A stretch of DNA of 56,283 bases, filler included, from Platydemus manokwari (GCA_037951405.1; 5 parts of 5 records of this genome joined end to end with filler, not necessarily neighbours in it), one strand, 5' to 3'. Shown: positions 14,102 through 29,710, counted from the whole stretch's first letter. A program made the numbers and translations. Notes: generated by a model not told the origin, from the sequence alone.

Positions 14102-15759
14102 TATATAAACTCGGAGTATATACGATAAGCTATATTGTTTAATATTATAATTAAACATCTACAATTACAAACACTTAAATACTATTATTATAGTCACATA
14201 CAATTCTATTATAAATCAATTTAAGCTTGTTACAAGTTTCGGTATATATTGGAAATAACAATAACACATTGTCAATGAAAATATTTATGTAGTTGAGTAG
14301 CAATAAATAGCAAACAAATAAACGATTCACTTCAACTCATAATAATATTATTATAGCCACAATTATGAAACTTCAAATTTGAATTTCCGTTTGTGAATTT
14401 TCATAGATATTGCAAGAGCAAAATGAAAAACCAAACCAAAACACTCTATGCGCTCTCAATCACCAATTGCTCATATGTGGTTATTATTTATGAAAATCCA
14501 TTACACATTGCTGCTCTGATAGTTTGTTCCCTTCCGTTCTCTGTCAGAGCTCTAATATCGTTTCAAGTAAACCGAAATTTATTGGCAAAATTTCGGAAAA
14601 ATTATCAACTCATGACCATGAATAAATTTTTTGTTATTAATAAATTATCAGTTATTATTATATTAAACATTTATTTTAGAAAAAATCAAATTTGGCTGGA
14701 ATTATCGATTTTTTTCCTTCTTTTATTATATAAATCGTTATTTAATCAATAATTTATTGATTGAGACCGATATTTTTGATATAAAATTAATTGTTTCAAG
14801 AAACAATTGATTAATGATCGATGTAAATCGATTTTATATACAAAATTAGCATTTCAGAATTTTAGAAGCAAAATCAATTTCAAAACTTATCGACGCAGTG
14901 GAAAGTAAAAAATAACAATTTTTGATTTTATCATACACCACAAGACAGCTGCAATAATAATATTCAGGGGGAAAAAGCTGCACAAATGCTACAAGAACTG
15001 TAAATAGACATTAAAATCCAAGCGAAATTCACTATTTTATCAATAATTCATTACTAAAAATCAGCAATGAAAAATATCAGCCACAAACTAAAATCAATCT
15101 AGTAAACAATTACTCTAACAAGGATTTTTTCAAAGGAATCCAAACAAAGTTCAGCGAGATTTCAAATGAAATTTAAATAAAGTTCAAATGAAGACCGTAA
15201 AAATCAATAAAAACCATATTTATTTTACAGATAAAGCTGAAATATCATATTTAGAATCATTGATAAATTATATGAAGATTTGGAAGGATTTTAAGTTTAA
15301 AATGTGATCATTGATGAATAGTTTGAAGATAATTTCTAAGCATATATTATAATTAAATAAACGATTTATGGTATTTGAATTAATAAGTAATGTAAAGAAT
15401 AACTTCATCGAATAGAAACGTTCATAAGAGATTCTTAGTCAAGGAATATTGTGAATTATATTGACATGAAATAAGAAGTAATACCGTTGAAAGAAACAGA
15501 AAAAATTCATGTTAATTTCTCATCTTATTTGAATCTTATTTCTCTTCATTCGAATGTTTTGACGAATATTTGATTAAATAATGAGTGCAAAAAGACTTGA
15601 AATTGTCATCGCATTTAACACTTTATTCAAGTTTTCTTGACAGATATTGCGAATTTTTTCTTCGGAATTAGTTCGAAAAAATATATTAGGAAGAAATGCA
15701 TGAAAGAACGTCATTTAATTGATTCTTGATAATTTCAATGATTTATTTTATGAAGAAGA

Positions 15760-16160
15760 TCAGCTCCTAATTAGTTTTTATTATTTTTCTAAACTGGTAA
15801 AAATAAAACCCGATGTTGTTCTATCGTCAACAATGTAACTCCTTTCTATTCAAATATTTGATAATTATTCCACAGGTTAGAGTTTCCTCCAATACATGCT
15901 AATAAATTATCTGTAGCTTTAAGACACTTTAATTAAGCAGTTTATTCTCAAAAATTGTCCAATCATAAACTCTACAATATAACACCCGAATTTAAAATTC
16001 AAATGGTAAAAGCATTTTGAATTGATGAAAAACCAAATTCTGTAAGTTTTACGGATATTTTCCTAACAATTTTAATATGAATTCCTTCATCTTCAAATAT
16101 TTCAAATTCTAAATCGTATTGGAATTGCTTTTCTTTTTCAATTCTACGGTATTATCAACT
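15760..16160 (-). mobile_element. Possible decayed hAT transposase C-terminal relic
   Basis: The fragments RRIEKEKQFQYD and TLLTIE resemble hAT motifs (RxRxxKxxFxYE, LALLSIE). Heavily disrupted. Confidence 0.25.
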
Positions 16161-18234
16161 ACAAATCCTTCTCTCTTTACTTTAATTCACTTTACTTTAT
16201 TACATTGATAACATTCCCGAACAATCTCGAGAAATAGATTAGCTTATTTCTCGAGAAGAAACCGTTCTTATATGGAAAGTCATAAAACTGTAAAGTATAT
16301 CACAATATTAATTATAAGAAAATATTTCAAATTATCGTCAAGGTTATGATCAAACTTAGATACCTCTCTGTGTCGTCTCGTTCATTATTGAAAACTATTT
16401 GGCTAAAGATTTAATGTTTAGTTCAATGGGTTGAATTATATATATTGAAGAACAGCTCAACTAAACACTCTTTTACAACTTAATTTTTGAAAGGAAATTA
16501 ACAATGCGAACCAAATTGTTTGAAAAAATTGAAACAGAAACCTGTCAAACCGATGAAAAAAACTGAGAAAAATAAATTCGTAAATTTATTTATGAATGGA
16601 AGATGTCAATTTTCCTTATGTAGAAGCAGAATCAAAAATTATAGATTCATAATTCTTTTTATTTTTCCAGTACTCATGTATGGAAAAATATGATTTCAAG
16701 GCTGAAAATAAAAACAAATTTGTAGCAATAAAGATGAGAAACAAGCGAATGTCGTCGAGATTTGATTATTTTATTTAAAATGACCATTTTTATAGTACTA
16801 ATGTTATCAATAAATCAATGATGATCAATTATTTGTTACTTCAAGTATTATACTGAGATCGTGATGGTAAATGGTGAAAAATGTAATGAAGTATACTTAG
16901 GAATATTGGTTTCGGTTTGAATTTGATTTGTTACTCTAATTAAGATGAATTAAGTTACTGAACATGATGAAACAAGAAATATTAAAGCTACTAATTACAT
17001 TAAGTAGTGATTAGGACATACATTCGGTATAAAGTAAGGAAGACTTATTTATTAGAATTACGAAGCATGTTAGAAAGAATTGTTGGATTGATTAACAGAT
17101 CTTTTTCTTGATCAATCCATCAACTATATTATTAAATGTCTTACAATAATATTGGTTATCATGGAAAATAGTTCGGTTCCGGTCACTGTCGTACAATATG
17201 TGCACTTATACAAAAACGGTTTATACAAAAGTGGAATCAGATTCAGAGTGATAGTTAAGTATATTTAAGGGTAGACGTTCAATTTCGTCTATTTGAAAAA
17301 TAAAAAATCAATCAGATAATGATTTGTGCTTTTATCTTACTGAAATCGACGAAATTGATCGAACATTTGAAAATGATTATTATAAAGTATTATTATTGAA
17401 AATCATTATTATAATTAAGAACGTTATTTAATCCAAAATTCTACAGCTTCTAAAAATAATCTATTATTCTAAACTAAATATTGATTTTTTAAAACAGCAC
17501 TATTTGAAAAATAAATACATAAAATTGATTGTATTTTATCATAAGAATCAAACAATTGAGTTTATTTTATGTTTTTTATATTAATTATTTGAAAACTAAC
17601 AATAGAATAACCACGAATTTCTCTATTACTTCCTTGAAAAAAAAGTTGCAAAAATTGTGACTTCAATCACATTCTTATAAATAACAACAATAACACGCTA
17701 ATAAATCGTCACTCTAAACGCATTTATTGCAGAAAAACAATGAATATTATTGACTTTAATTTTTATTAATTCATCCTTTTCCAAATATGTATTTTCAGAA
17801 CACATTTCGACTAAACAGTGTCAATTTTCTACACAATTAAATGAAACAAAACCCTTTTCAATAAATTTCAACAAATCTTATCATTGTTTTTCAGAAAAAT
17901 AAAAAATATCATTTCAATCAATATCATTTAAAATCCATTTATAATTTATTATTGATTACTAGTAATTAATTTTGATTAATATTACCTCATTTGGTATCAT
18001 CAAATAATTATCCGAATAATTTTTGATAATTTATATATAATCATGTTTTATTAAACTCAGTTTATACCACCATTTTTTCCTGGAATATCTGATCTGATAT
18101 TAAGTGAGTCCAACTGGCACACATCGATCATTTAATATAACAGTATAATTTAAAATAATTATCAAAAATATTGGCTAACAATAAAAAAGGAGGATCCTAA
18201 AATAAAATTTTTAATTTGTTGAGTGTATTGCAAA

Positions 18235-18711
18235 ATTCGATATAGTTTATTTAATTATATTCTTTTAAAAACATTTCGACATTTTTATTTAAGTACTGAA
18301 GATGAATTTTCGTTGTTTGAAAACAAATATTAAATACACTAGAGCTTAAAAATCTCACAAAATTTGATTATATGACAAACGGATCAGAGTAGGTCGAATT
18401 GCAATTTATTGAAAATTAGTGAGGACCGATTAATAACATTAGAAGCAAATTGAAAGATGCTCTCAAGCTTTAAGATTATTTTATAAAAATATACGATCAA
18501 TATGATATTATTAAACATATCTGTAAACATAACACTTATATATGATTAGAACAGAAACTTGGTTTAAAAACTATGTTTCGACACCCTAAAAAGTGAGATA
18601 TTAACTGAATTATACGAATAAACCAAACATCGTAGTTATATATAAAATTAATTTATAAAATTATCTGATGCGAGAAAATTCATTATTGCGAAAGTAGGTC
18701 AAAGAACCCCT
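18235..18711 (+). repeat. Dispersed repeat family, copy 1
   Basis: Colinear with 32720-33241, sharing e.g. TTTTTATTTAAGTACT, GTAGGTCGAATTGCAATTTATTGAAAATTAG and TTGGTTTAAAAACTATGTTT. Confidence 0.85.
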
Positions 18712-21527
18712 TTTTGAAAATCAATTATTCAATATATCAATATTTTTATTGCACTTTCCAAAAAAAATCATTTTAAACATTCAAATTTTTGAACTTTCAA
18801 CAAGTTCACATTAAAATATCGTTTCACTTCAAAACGGCACTTAAAATACGATCTGATAAAATGATTTATTTTGAATCGATTTATTTGATCTGATTTGCTA
18901 ATAAAAAAACTATACAATAATTAATTGGTAGTTTTTTCTCACAGGTGTTCACATTTATCTGCTATTTGTATTCCATTGTTTGAAATCATATCCTATTTAA
19001 CTCTTCTCTTCATAACATGTCTTAGAATGGGATTTCAAGTTGCTTTATCATGCGCTTTATCAATTCACAATTACTTCAGAAGGAATAATACCGCCTGTTT
19101 TGAAATAGTTGGTGGTACATATCACATTTTGTATTCACAATCACTAACATTACGCTTGGTTTGGTTTCAAACGTTGTAGCATTCATTTAACAAATTTAGT
19201 CTTCTAATTTTTGTCCAATGAATAAAAGTAGCTTTAGTCGCTAAATTTAATCACATTTGACTGATGTCACTTCCAATATAGCGATAACAAAAAGTCAATA
19301 TTGAAATCATTAGATTGTTACTAGACTGTTTTATCAAGCAATATTGAGATATCTTTGGTTTGTATTGATATCGACTTGAGTGACTATATTATATAAATGG
19401 CTTTATTTAGGTGATTCGCATGTCGGTATTATTATAATTCATCTTTTTCTCTAGTAAATCGTGATATTTTTTTCGTTAATTTATAAAATAATTATTCTTA
19501 TTCTATAATTTGCTTGTGCTCGAACTAAGTCACTAAGCTGAATCGACCAGATTTTCTGAACCAAATAAATGGGACTCGAATTTTTTTTACCGACATTCGT
19601 AGTTCTGTTATCAAAGTGGAGAAAAGGTATATTAATTATTAATTTAAAATGATGGATTTGATGAGAAAGCAATTACCAAACATCCAAAAATACATTCATT
19701 ACAATCTAGAGAGTTTGACAATATCGTATTTCGAAATTCATTTTGAAATAAGTGCAAATATTGACATTTTCACCTGTTTATTATTCTAAAATATTCGATA
19801 AAAATCCTCAATGAAAGTTACTTTTCAACATTTTTTATCGTTATATAGCATGTTCAAAATAGTTCCGACATCTTACATAAACATTAGACAAAATTTTTAA
19901 TTAAATTTGGTTTGATTGAGAAAGGCGAATTTTAAATATAATTCGACCAATAAAATTATTCTATTTATTGCAGAAATATTTGTGATCAATAATAAAAGTT
20001 AGAACATTGATTTAGATTTTTATGATGTATATCGATTAACTATGTATTAAATATTATAAATATTGGATACAATAATATATTAATTATTTTGCATCAATTT
20101 TGTCTTCTTTTTTTAATTTTTTTCAATTTTTTCGTAATTTTTTTTTAAAAATGTCTTGTTTAAGTGAAAATAAATTTGGAATTTGGCAAAGTAGAAATCA
20201 CCGAATTAATGCTAAACAAATATCAGAGAAAAAACCTGAAAATACTGCATTGGTTTATTGGAAACGTGTTTTCTTAAAAAATTAAATAAAACAACATTTG
20301 CGGAAATCAAAACATTGATTATATCAGCTGAAAACAAACGAAAAAAATTACATCAAATTTTTAAATTGTAGACTCGTGTATTTAAGTAAAGAGATTTATT
20401 TGATAAATTTCCTATCGAATCGATTGATAATTTATTGATCATTATCGATCGCATTTACAGATCTGAATGTTTACATTTTTTTCAAGCACTTTATTGAAAC
20501 AAATTCAAAATGTTTATTATTTTGAAAATCACCAAATTCCATTTGAAACTGTTATCGAAATAATGAAGAACTGTTTGATCCAATAATCTGTTCATCTGGA
20601 ATCTTTTTTAGCTTGAATTTAAAGAGTGGTAAAACATACCAAAACTAATTGATATCGATTATGTCATAAATAATAGCGTGTTGTGTAATTCGTTTAAATT
20701 TGATTAAAAATGATCGATTATCGCCAATATAATGCCGAAAAACAAAATAAGTAAGAGCGCTCTCTCTCAATCAATCGATTCACTACTGATAACAAGTCCT
20801 TAATCAATCTACCAATACTAATATCGTTAAAATTCAAATAATCAATACATTGTTGTCAATTTTCATTTATTGATTTTTTTTTAAAAAATCCACAAATCGA
20901 TATTTGGAAAAAATCGATATTTTAACATTAAACGATAAGGAGATCACATTAATAAATCTTTATCATCTAATAAAAATCAAATTGAAGTGTCTCCAAATCA
21001 TTAGATTAACATCGTTGATTGCATGAAATCATCACGAAATTATCATTTTTAGACTTTATTCCAAATGGAATCCGCTTTTGAAATTGTCATGACAACAAAA
21101 AACCACATTGATCTTCGATAATCTCTATGACAACGTGAACCCAAGAAAATCTACGCTCTGAACGTCAACCTTTCTATGATAGCAAATAACATTTGTACAT
21201 TATTCAGAACCAACGCAAAACTTTTGACGTACTCTAAATTCCTAAAGGGGCAAATAAATGACTATCAAAAGCCAGTGTTGTATTTGTAGGATTTAATTGA
21301 TCGCCTTTTTAAAGCCCAGCACGCACACGCATACACATTTCCAGCTACAGTGCTATAACATGTTATCAATGAAATAAATTTTAGCAAAATATAAAAGTGG
21401 TTTTGATCGTTTTGAAAATGAAGAATAAATTAAAAATCGATAATGAACTAATTAATAAAGTAAAAATTATTTATTTGATCAATTCAATTCCGAAAATAAA
21501 TATATTTTAAAAAATCTTAAATCTCAC

Positions 21528-22041
21528 GTATGATTGTGATAGGAGATCTTTCATAATGAATGTATCATAAATTTCTCTGCCAAATTTACATCGTTCTTCA
21601 TCGGTTTCCAAATTTTCAAATTTTTTTATCTAACAATCAAATTGGAAATGAAGTTATTAGAAATCGAATCCAAAACAACCTCTTCATAAAATTTCATATA
21701 AGGCACCTGTTCATCAGGTATCTGTTCGCAATATTCTTTGAATAAGAGAAAACCTATCGACCGGTTTTGATTATTTATCAATGACCATTGAAAAAGTTTT
21801 ACCCAATTTTTGATTAAATATTTTGTAAAAACATATTTCATTGTTCTTATCCATGTATTTCTGCATGATGCTTCGCACACTGAATTGGAAACTGTTAAAC
21901 AAATGTTTCGATCCATTAAAATCGTCACCTGGCGTCTGGTAACGATATTCTTTTACTAGCTCTAGCTGCTGGAGTTGATTTGCTCTTTTCCATAGCCATT
22001 AAATAGCTTACGTCCGCCAAAACAGCCTCCAGATCTGCCAT
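21528..22041 (-). CDS. GRK2: G protein-coupled receptor kinase 2/3 (beta-ARK/Gprk1), exons 1-4 only (N-terminus and start of the RH domain)
   Basis: Exons 22041-21929, 21879-21803, 21753-21680 and 21629-21528, with introns of 49, 49 and 50 nt. Translation: [74 protein letters not shown]...[38 protein letters not shown]. This is the diagnostic GRK2/3 N-terminus. No kinase-domain exons were recognised in the window. Confidence 0.95.
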
Positions 22042-23947
22042 TCTCGATGTGCCTTAGATTTTATTGATTTGCAACAATTTTCATATAATTAAATAAAAAC
22101 GAAAATTTCAAATTGTTTATGAATTTTGAACCAATCACGCATTTCAATATTTGAAAACAAATCTCGTGTTTTAATATTAGTAAATAATTCAATATGAATA
22201 TTCAGGTTTTTCTTATTAATTTGTATGCGATTTAACGAATAATTTAGTATGTAATCTGACGAAAATCAAATTTTATTACTTTTATTGATTTTCACTTTGT
22301 TTCGCATTTAAGTCATTGATGAATGTAATATTAACCATATCTCATCAAATATATTTTTTATGATTTCGAATTGAAGCCATTGATTGAATACTTATGCTGC
22401 CTATATTTTAATTAAAAAAAGATTAAAAATATAAGAAAATGTGAAAAACCGAGGTTTAGGTAAAAAAAAAAGTTAAAAAGAGGTCATTTTCAGTTAATTT
22501 TGTATTTTAATTTTAATTATATATTTCTCAAATTTTATGTGAAAATTGTGCTTTAACATTAGATCAGAATTATATAAATCAATTATTCTTCTATGTTATA
22601 CTTTTATATTTCTTGGTGCATGATGTTAGAAATTCTAGGTTATAAATAAATTTCCAATGGAGTACTTGTTAATTTTTGAGATTTGTTTTCATTATTTATT
22701 TTGGTTATTATTATTATTATTGACATCTTTTTGTCAATTTCTGAGTTTTATCAGCATAATGGAATTCTAATGACCCACAGGTAATCGCGAACCTAATATT
22801 TTGATGTTCTATCGCCTCGATTAACTCTAATCTACATATGGAGACTTGGATGTGCGGTTCTAGATACTGCTTTATTGATTTTAAAACTATTTAACTATAC
22901 TTTTAATTCCTAACTGCCTCGGTGGCACCTTATAAAAGGTAATGAAATGATACTGAAGGTAATAATTTTATTGAAAATGAGATGAAGCATTCTGGCACTT
23001 ACCAATTTCAATATTGGAACTGTTCTGTTTTAAATACACGTTTATTGTTAAGACACTAAAATACAATTAAACACTTAATAACAAATTTTGATTTTGCAAA
23101 TACTTGTATATTTTTAAACGACAAAGTTTGGCTACAACGTCAGGAAAATCTAATGGTTAATAAACTCCCGAGAGGAGTAAAACTAATTTTTCAAGGACTT
23201 TGGGATGAAACCCGATAAATACGAAGAGTATACAGTTGATGATGTAAATAGCTGATGATTTTTAACTATTAAAGCTTACTGATATTTATATTGACGTTTG
23301 ATGGAAAAATCTTCTCCAATCATTATAAATTTCAAATTGATCTTCCAGTAGTTAACTGGGTATATAATTCTCGAAGATTTGGGAAATCCGACTGGCTTGG
23401 CGGCTTACGCAACTGAATATTGAATTACGAGCTTTTGAATAACTCACCAGATCTTGTTGATTGTAACAGGTGGTTTCGAGAAACTAACTTTTGTTAACTT
23501 ATTTATGCTATTATTTATTTGAGAGTAATTTCCGTATCAGTAGGAGCGTGCGTTTTATTTTATCTCAATAGATTTGTTTAAATTATTCAGGACTATTGTA
23601 TTCACAATAGGGGTTTCCATTGAATAAAATTAATTATTGTTATTCGTATTCAATAGAATGTTTTCTGAACGGGTTATTTTGTTACCAAACCAAATAAAAT
23701 ATGTTATCATGTATGGATTTTATTTAATTCTATTCAATTGAATTTTAATCAACGGTGTAAGGAAAATTCGGAAATAGAAATGTGAATGTGATATGTATGA
23801 TGTGTGTATGTTGTTTTATTGCATGCTGATTAGTGTTTGCATCATTATCAATTGCTACAATGAACACCTCTCAATGCGTTATTACTTAATCAGTAATATA
23901 ATATCGTAATTGTGTTAAATAAATCATTCCTTATAAAAAGACTTATT

Positions 23948-24047
23948 NNNNNNNNNNNNNNNNNNNNNNNNNNNNNNNNNNNNNNNNNNNNTTAATTAAT
24001 TAANNNNNNNNNNNNNNNNNNNNNNNNNNNNNNNNNNNNNNNNNNNN
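23948..24047. other. Artificial assembly linker
   Basis: Same 100-nt structure. Confidence 0.98.
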
Positions 24048-27000
24048 TCAAAAATGGATTGATAGATGGATTTCTTCAAAAGATCAAGAATTTTTTTTTC
24101 GTGGAATTCAATCGTTGCCTAAAAAGTAGTTAATAAACCAGTAACTATTCTAAATGAATAAAAAATTCGTGATGATAATTAAACAAAAACCAAAGCAGTG
24201 ATATTAACAATTGGAAAGAATCAATAGAATATTTAACTGATTTGCTATCGATTCCTACATACAATTAGTTCTAATTCGTAATAAAACGTTAATGTGCCTA
24301 TTTTTCTCGAGAAAACTTATTTCCTAGTACTTCCTATGAATGGGAATTAATTTGGATCAAATAAACCTATGAAAAATGATTTATAATTATCAGAGGGCAT
24401 TATATGTAAGTTACTATGGTGAATCAATTACTATTCAAATTAATAATAGAATGCAATTCAAAGATATTAGCACAAATATTCTACAGTTGGGTTTTACCAA
24501 AAATTAAAAACAAATTTGTCAATTTGCAGAATGTAACCGTCTTATTATATAATGTATCAAGCTTCCAAAGAAAAGATGGAATATTTCATACTAATTACTT
24601 TTTTTAATTAAACTCTATAAAACATGTTACTTACATTTAATGGTCGGTTAGAGATAATTTGTTCGTGAAGAATCAGTCATGGAAAGTGGAACCATGTTTT
24701 GAGAAAGCTAATGTGATAATGTTTATATTTTAATGAAAATAACTTTAGGTCGATAAGCCAGGTCGATAAGGTAGAATAATATTGCATGATGTAAAGTAAG
24801 ATTTCCTGCAGCTGCCTTTGCTTGACGCTATAAGTTAACCAATGTCTAGTCAGATTGCTACTTATAACGTTGACTTTCTGTGTGTGTTTCTTGACGTTTA
24901 TTTTCGATGTTTTATTTTTGAAATTAATTTTATTGTTGATATTATTTTTATCAAACTGAACGTTAGTGTCCTTATTTATAAATATTTTATTATTTTTTGC
25001 TTATTGTTGGCTACCAATCCATTTAATAATTATAATAATAACTAGAATTAAAAAAATTCAAATAAGTCACAAAATATGGAGGTGTAAATTAAAAATAATT
25101 TAAATAAAGTCTAAAAATAGTAATTAAAAAATACAAAGTTAAAAAAGAAAGAATGAGAAAGTCATTTAAACAAATAACAAATTAATATAAATGATATTAG
25201 TTAAGCAAACAATCAGAATTTTCTACAGAGCTTTCAAGTGTCATTCCCTTTATTTACATTTAGAAGAATTGTTAAACAATCAAAATCAATTTGAATTTCA
25301 ACAAATTTAGTTAAAGGAAATCTTTCTGACAATATTTTTTTAAAAAATTGTTAATACACTTGTGTACGCCAAATATAAAAAAACTGATATTTTAATCAAG
25401 AAAAGAGAAAAATAAAACAAATCCGACCATTATTGTTGTAATGGAATCGATTCCTAGATTATCCCCTACTCAATTTTGATTCGGTGCGAATTCCCTAGAA
25501 GTTCGAAAGTAAATATCAGTTGTTCTTAAACACCAAATATTTATTTAAATTAGTATTTTATTTCTTTCACTAACGTAATTAAAGATTTATTATCAAAACC
25601 AATTCAACTAAAGTTAAACAAATAATTGAAAACAGTTGATTGTGCTTCAAAACTATGGATTCGTGGTATACTTTGATAAACTTCCCAAAATTTATTTAAG
25701 AAACTTTCAATAACTTAAATAACTCAACTGGATCCTAATCTGTTAGCACAACAGTTGTTATTTCTGTCAGTCATTCCAGAGTCTCATCGTAACTAACTTA
25801 AGTTGTATAAAATTCAGACTGACCTTTTGATTATTAATTAATGTTTCTATTAATACTGTTCTGTTCATATTTTTCAAATTGTATATTAAGGTCAGGAGAT
25901 TTTTTATCGCTTATGAAAAATATGAGTTTAATGTATGATTGCATTATTTCAAAATATTATTGTTGTCTATGCTGTGCCTAACTCCAAAGGAGCAGTAAAA
26001 GAAACAATGGAAAAAATTTAAATGTAAATAAGTAAAAATAAATTAGGATATGAAAATATAATTTTCAAATCAATTGATGATCAATAATCAACTTACAAGT
26101 ATTAAATAGAATGACAATTATTAACAAACAAATAATGATGATTAACCAATAACATGGTATTTAAAAAGTCTTTAATTATCAGCTATTGTTTTGTGTAGGA
26201 TATTAAAACACCCTTATCAGGAGAGCTACAAGGTTTTTTTGTTGATTTTATTAAATTTGAGACTTACGGAGTCCGGCAACTATAATAAAAATAATCAATC
26301 GACCACGATTTAAAGACATTTAATTAGTTTGAAATTTGACCAAACTTATACTTAAGTTTTTAAAATTCCTATCTCTCAATTGCACTTTTAAATGATTTTC
26401 ATTGGCTATCCAAATCTGAAAACAGAACCAATGTCAATAAATGAAAAAGTTGGAATTTATCTTCAGCAGGATTAACAATTAAGTTCATGATTGGAATCAT
26501 GCTTCAATCAATAAAATATGACCAATCACTTTTCATTACGTAATACGCAGTTTACCTTCGAATCCATAAGATTACACAAAAGGTGGAATTTAATTATATT
26601 TGTAAAGAGAGATTGCTAAATAAAATACATTTTATTAATTCTTTTCTCGTGATTTCAATTGAAAACGACAATAAAATTTTCCTTTTCCAAATATATTTTA
26701 TTGACACAAAATTATACAGATTACTCGGAATTATTGCAAAGAAAACAAATGAAAAAGATGTTCCTAATAAAATACTTTTATTGTTTTGAAACGAACAATG
26801 AAACGACAATCTAAATGATATCCGATCGTCTACAATTATGTAAATATTACAAAAATTCTGGTAGAATGTTTTGGAAGCAAGAATTTTTTCGAAAAATTAA
26901 TATTAACTTCTACAAATTCGTTTCAAACTTGACTGCTGTGTTTGCCAAATATGTACTTTAAAATGTGTCACATTCCCTATTAATCCACGAGTTATTAACA

Positions 27001-28966
27001 TCTCAATGTTTTTACTTAATCACGCGATATACATACTTAACACGTGATAGTTTTTGAACTTATTTTGTGAAATGCTATTTATAACAAGCGACGTAAAATT
27101 TAATAATACAATATTTTAATACTGTCCTACAAGTAGCTTCATTTTAGTCAACCAATATTATTATCTATTATTTTCAAATTAATTATCAATTAATTGATTT
27201 TTCGATTTAAAATTAACTTGAAGATATAACAACTATTTAATTCTTATTTTTTGATTTGAAAATTTTGAATATAGAAGATTCTTATAGAAATAATGACCTT
27301 AGTAACCCACGTTTTTTATGCTTTATACACATACATACATACAGGTATACAAATACTATTTAATTTGGCAAAATACACTCCATGACTATATATGAAATTC
27401 ACGAATCAAAATAATATGATAACATTAAAATAATAGATAAATAAAAGCAATTTAGAAAAAGAAAATGGTTTATTAAATTCCGTTTGTATATTGTGTAGCA
27501 ATCCAAATAACGTGATTAAATTTATATTCCAGTTTACGATTATGAATATACTCATTTATAACACTAAACGTAACGATTATATTTTGTAAACGAAATAATG
27601 AGATATGCAGGTTACAGTGTCCACAAATCATTTAGTAGTTGACAGTTGCTACAATCGCTACTTAAATTAATAAGTTTACAATTTGCATTTCGAACTTTTG
27701 TGACCTTTAACGGTTATTTTTAGTGCGTCTTCTGACCTGTTGTAAACTTAACCGTTTTATAAAACGGGATTTAAACTCCGATCAAGATTAAATTCTCGCA
27801 AAAAAATATAGGTTCCTTCAATTTGATTTTTGAAATCTTGATCAAAAATGAATAATTGCAGATATGTTCCTCCGAATTGATTATCAATCAATAATTATGT
27901 CGAATGCCGACTATCTGAAATTGTGATTCGTGAATTGTTAATTACAAGTTGTGTGTGTGTTATTATCTGATTCAGTTATTTATACCCCAGCTGATTCATT
28001 TGCTAGACGGATGATCGTCTTTGCCAACCTTTAATAATGTAAATCCTTTTTTTCTCATTATCATTTTCCGCATTTTTACTGCCTTATATTCATATATAAA
28101 TTATTATTTAATGTCTTTATTTTTACATATTTATTGCTTTTTTAATTTATTTCTTCTTATGCCATTACATTCCAATTAATTTCCATTTTTCTCTGCATAT
28201 AAAAATAAAAAATAAAATCCCACGTTTGAAGAAGTTTGATAATTTTTGATTGAAAAATTCTTCAATCCATGTTGTTATTACTTCTTCGTTTTCAAACGTG
28301 AGATCAGAAAGATGGTTCGGCATGGTGGCTTCTCTAGTGTTTAAATGTTGATTAAAATAGAAAAATAGTAGATGCCGGAAATGCTCAATTTAATCTATTT
28401 GACCCGCCATTTTAATGGGGGTAATGAAAGTGAAAGTTAGTCTAAAGTGATTTACATAGGTAATTCAGTTAAATAAATATAACTAAAATTCGTTAAGACA
28501 AGAAGTCGGTGTGTTTTCTTTGCAACAAATAAAATCTCAAGAATTTATGCACCAATCGAATAATTCTGTAATTTACAATATATATTTTATTTAGCATTTG
28601 ATTATTTCTAAGAGATTTTCAAACTTCACAAAAGTTTTCAACTCAGGATAAATTCCTCAGAATTCTTGGGTAAAAGTCTTAAATATTTTTATATTATCAA
28701 GAACACATTTTATTGAAACCAAATCTTCTTTCATAAACTTTTTAATCTCTTCATATGTTTTCTGAAGATAATGTTTTTGTTTGCCTACTCTATCTACTCT
28801 TTCTCAATTTTATTTACTGAAACATTTTGGGCTTGCTTGTTTTAATTTTATTAATCTTATCAGTCTTGAAAATTAGTTCTAATAAATCACTCGTGGTCCT
28901 GATCAAGCTCTAGGTACCGATCTATTGAACCCTTGTTTATTTCTTTCTTCGCCTCGCGTTTAATAT

Positions 28967-29710
28967 TGTATGATGGCAATATCAAACGGCAACAATGGTC
29001 AATAAATATTGAAACTATAATCATTTTTAAAGCTATCGGTCTTAAATCAAATTAATAACAAACACTTGGGTTTTATAAAAAATTTTATTGACACCAAATT
29101 TACAACTCACACTAATTATAAATTACTACAATAGCTAAATGGTTTAATAAAAATATACAATTATACGAAAATTCCTATCAAGCTTCAGGATAAGTTACAC
29201 GGTTAATAAACTGCACTATATTGCAGGGAAACCACCTTCAAGGATGTGAGACAACTCTATAATAGGAGATATTCAAGAAGTTTATAGTAACGATCAGTTT
29301 TTTATATAAGATCGGACTTAGGTTGATTGGCATATGTTATTGAATGATCGATCGAAGGAAACGCTTCTGGCAAATATGAATCGTAGTTGTCTTCACATAA
29401 AGTTTTCTCGAGGTTTAAGCAATCTTCCTAGTGGTTTCAAGACTGACAATGGGCTTCAAGCAATCTAGGGGTTTCTTACTAATGGGCGAAAGTTATGAAA
29501 TTTTACCCCCTATTTATATGTTTCGGGAGACGAATTTAATCGTCACGCATTAATTGAGAAATTGTATACCATTTACTCTATTTCCCAAGGATTTATCATT
29601 TATTTTAAAAGATAAAAATTCACCGATCATTTGGTAATATAAACAGTATAATAAATTCAAATTTATCGTCTCAAATTCTTTAAGGTATTAACGTAATCAT
29701 TATTATTACA
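28967..29710 (-). mobile_element. Possible solo-LTR-like segment
   Basis: TGTA...TACA ends, a minus-strand TATAAATAGGGG (~29518) and a downstream AATAAA (~29089). No TSD or PBS found. Confidence 0.25.

Noticed and set aside
18925-19220. Possible decayed integrase zinc-finger region on the minus strand
   Set aside because: Only scattered residues fit (YVP, KAH, KCEH), with multiple stops.
9874-22041. Septin nested inside the GRK gene
   Set aside because: A synthetic linker separates them, and I found no GRK kinase exons below 9874.
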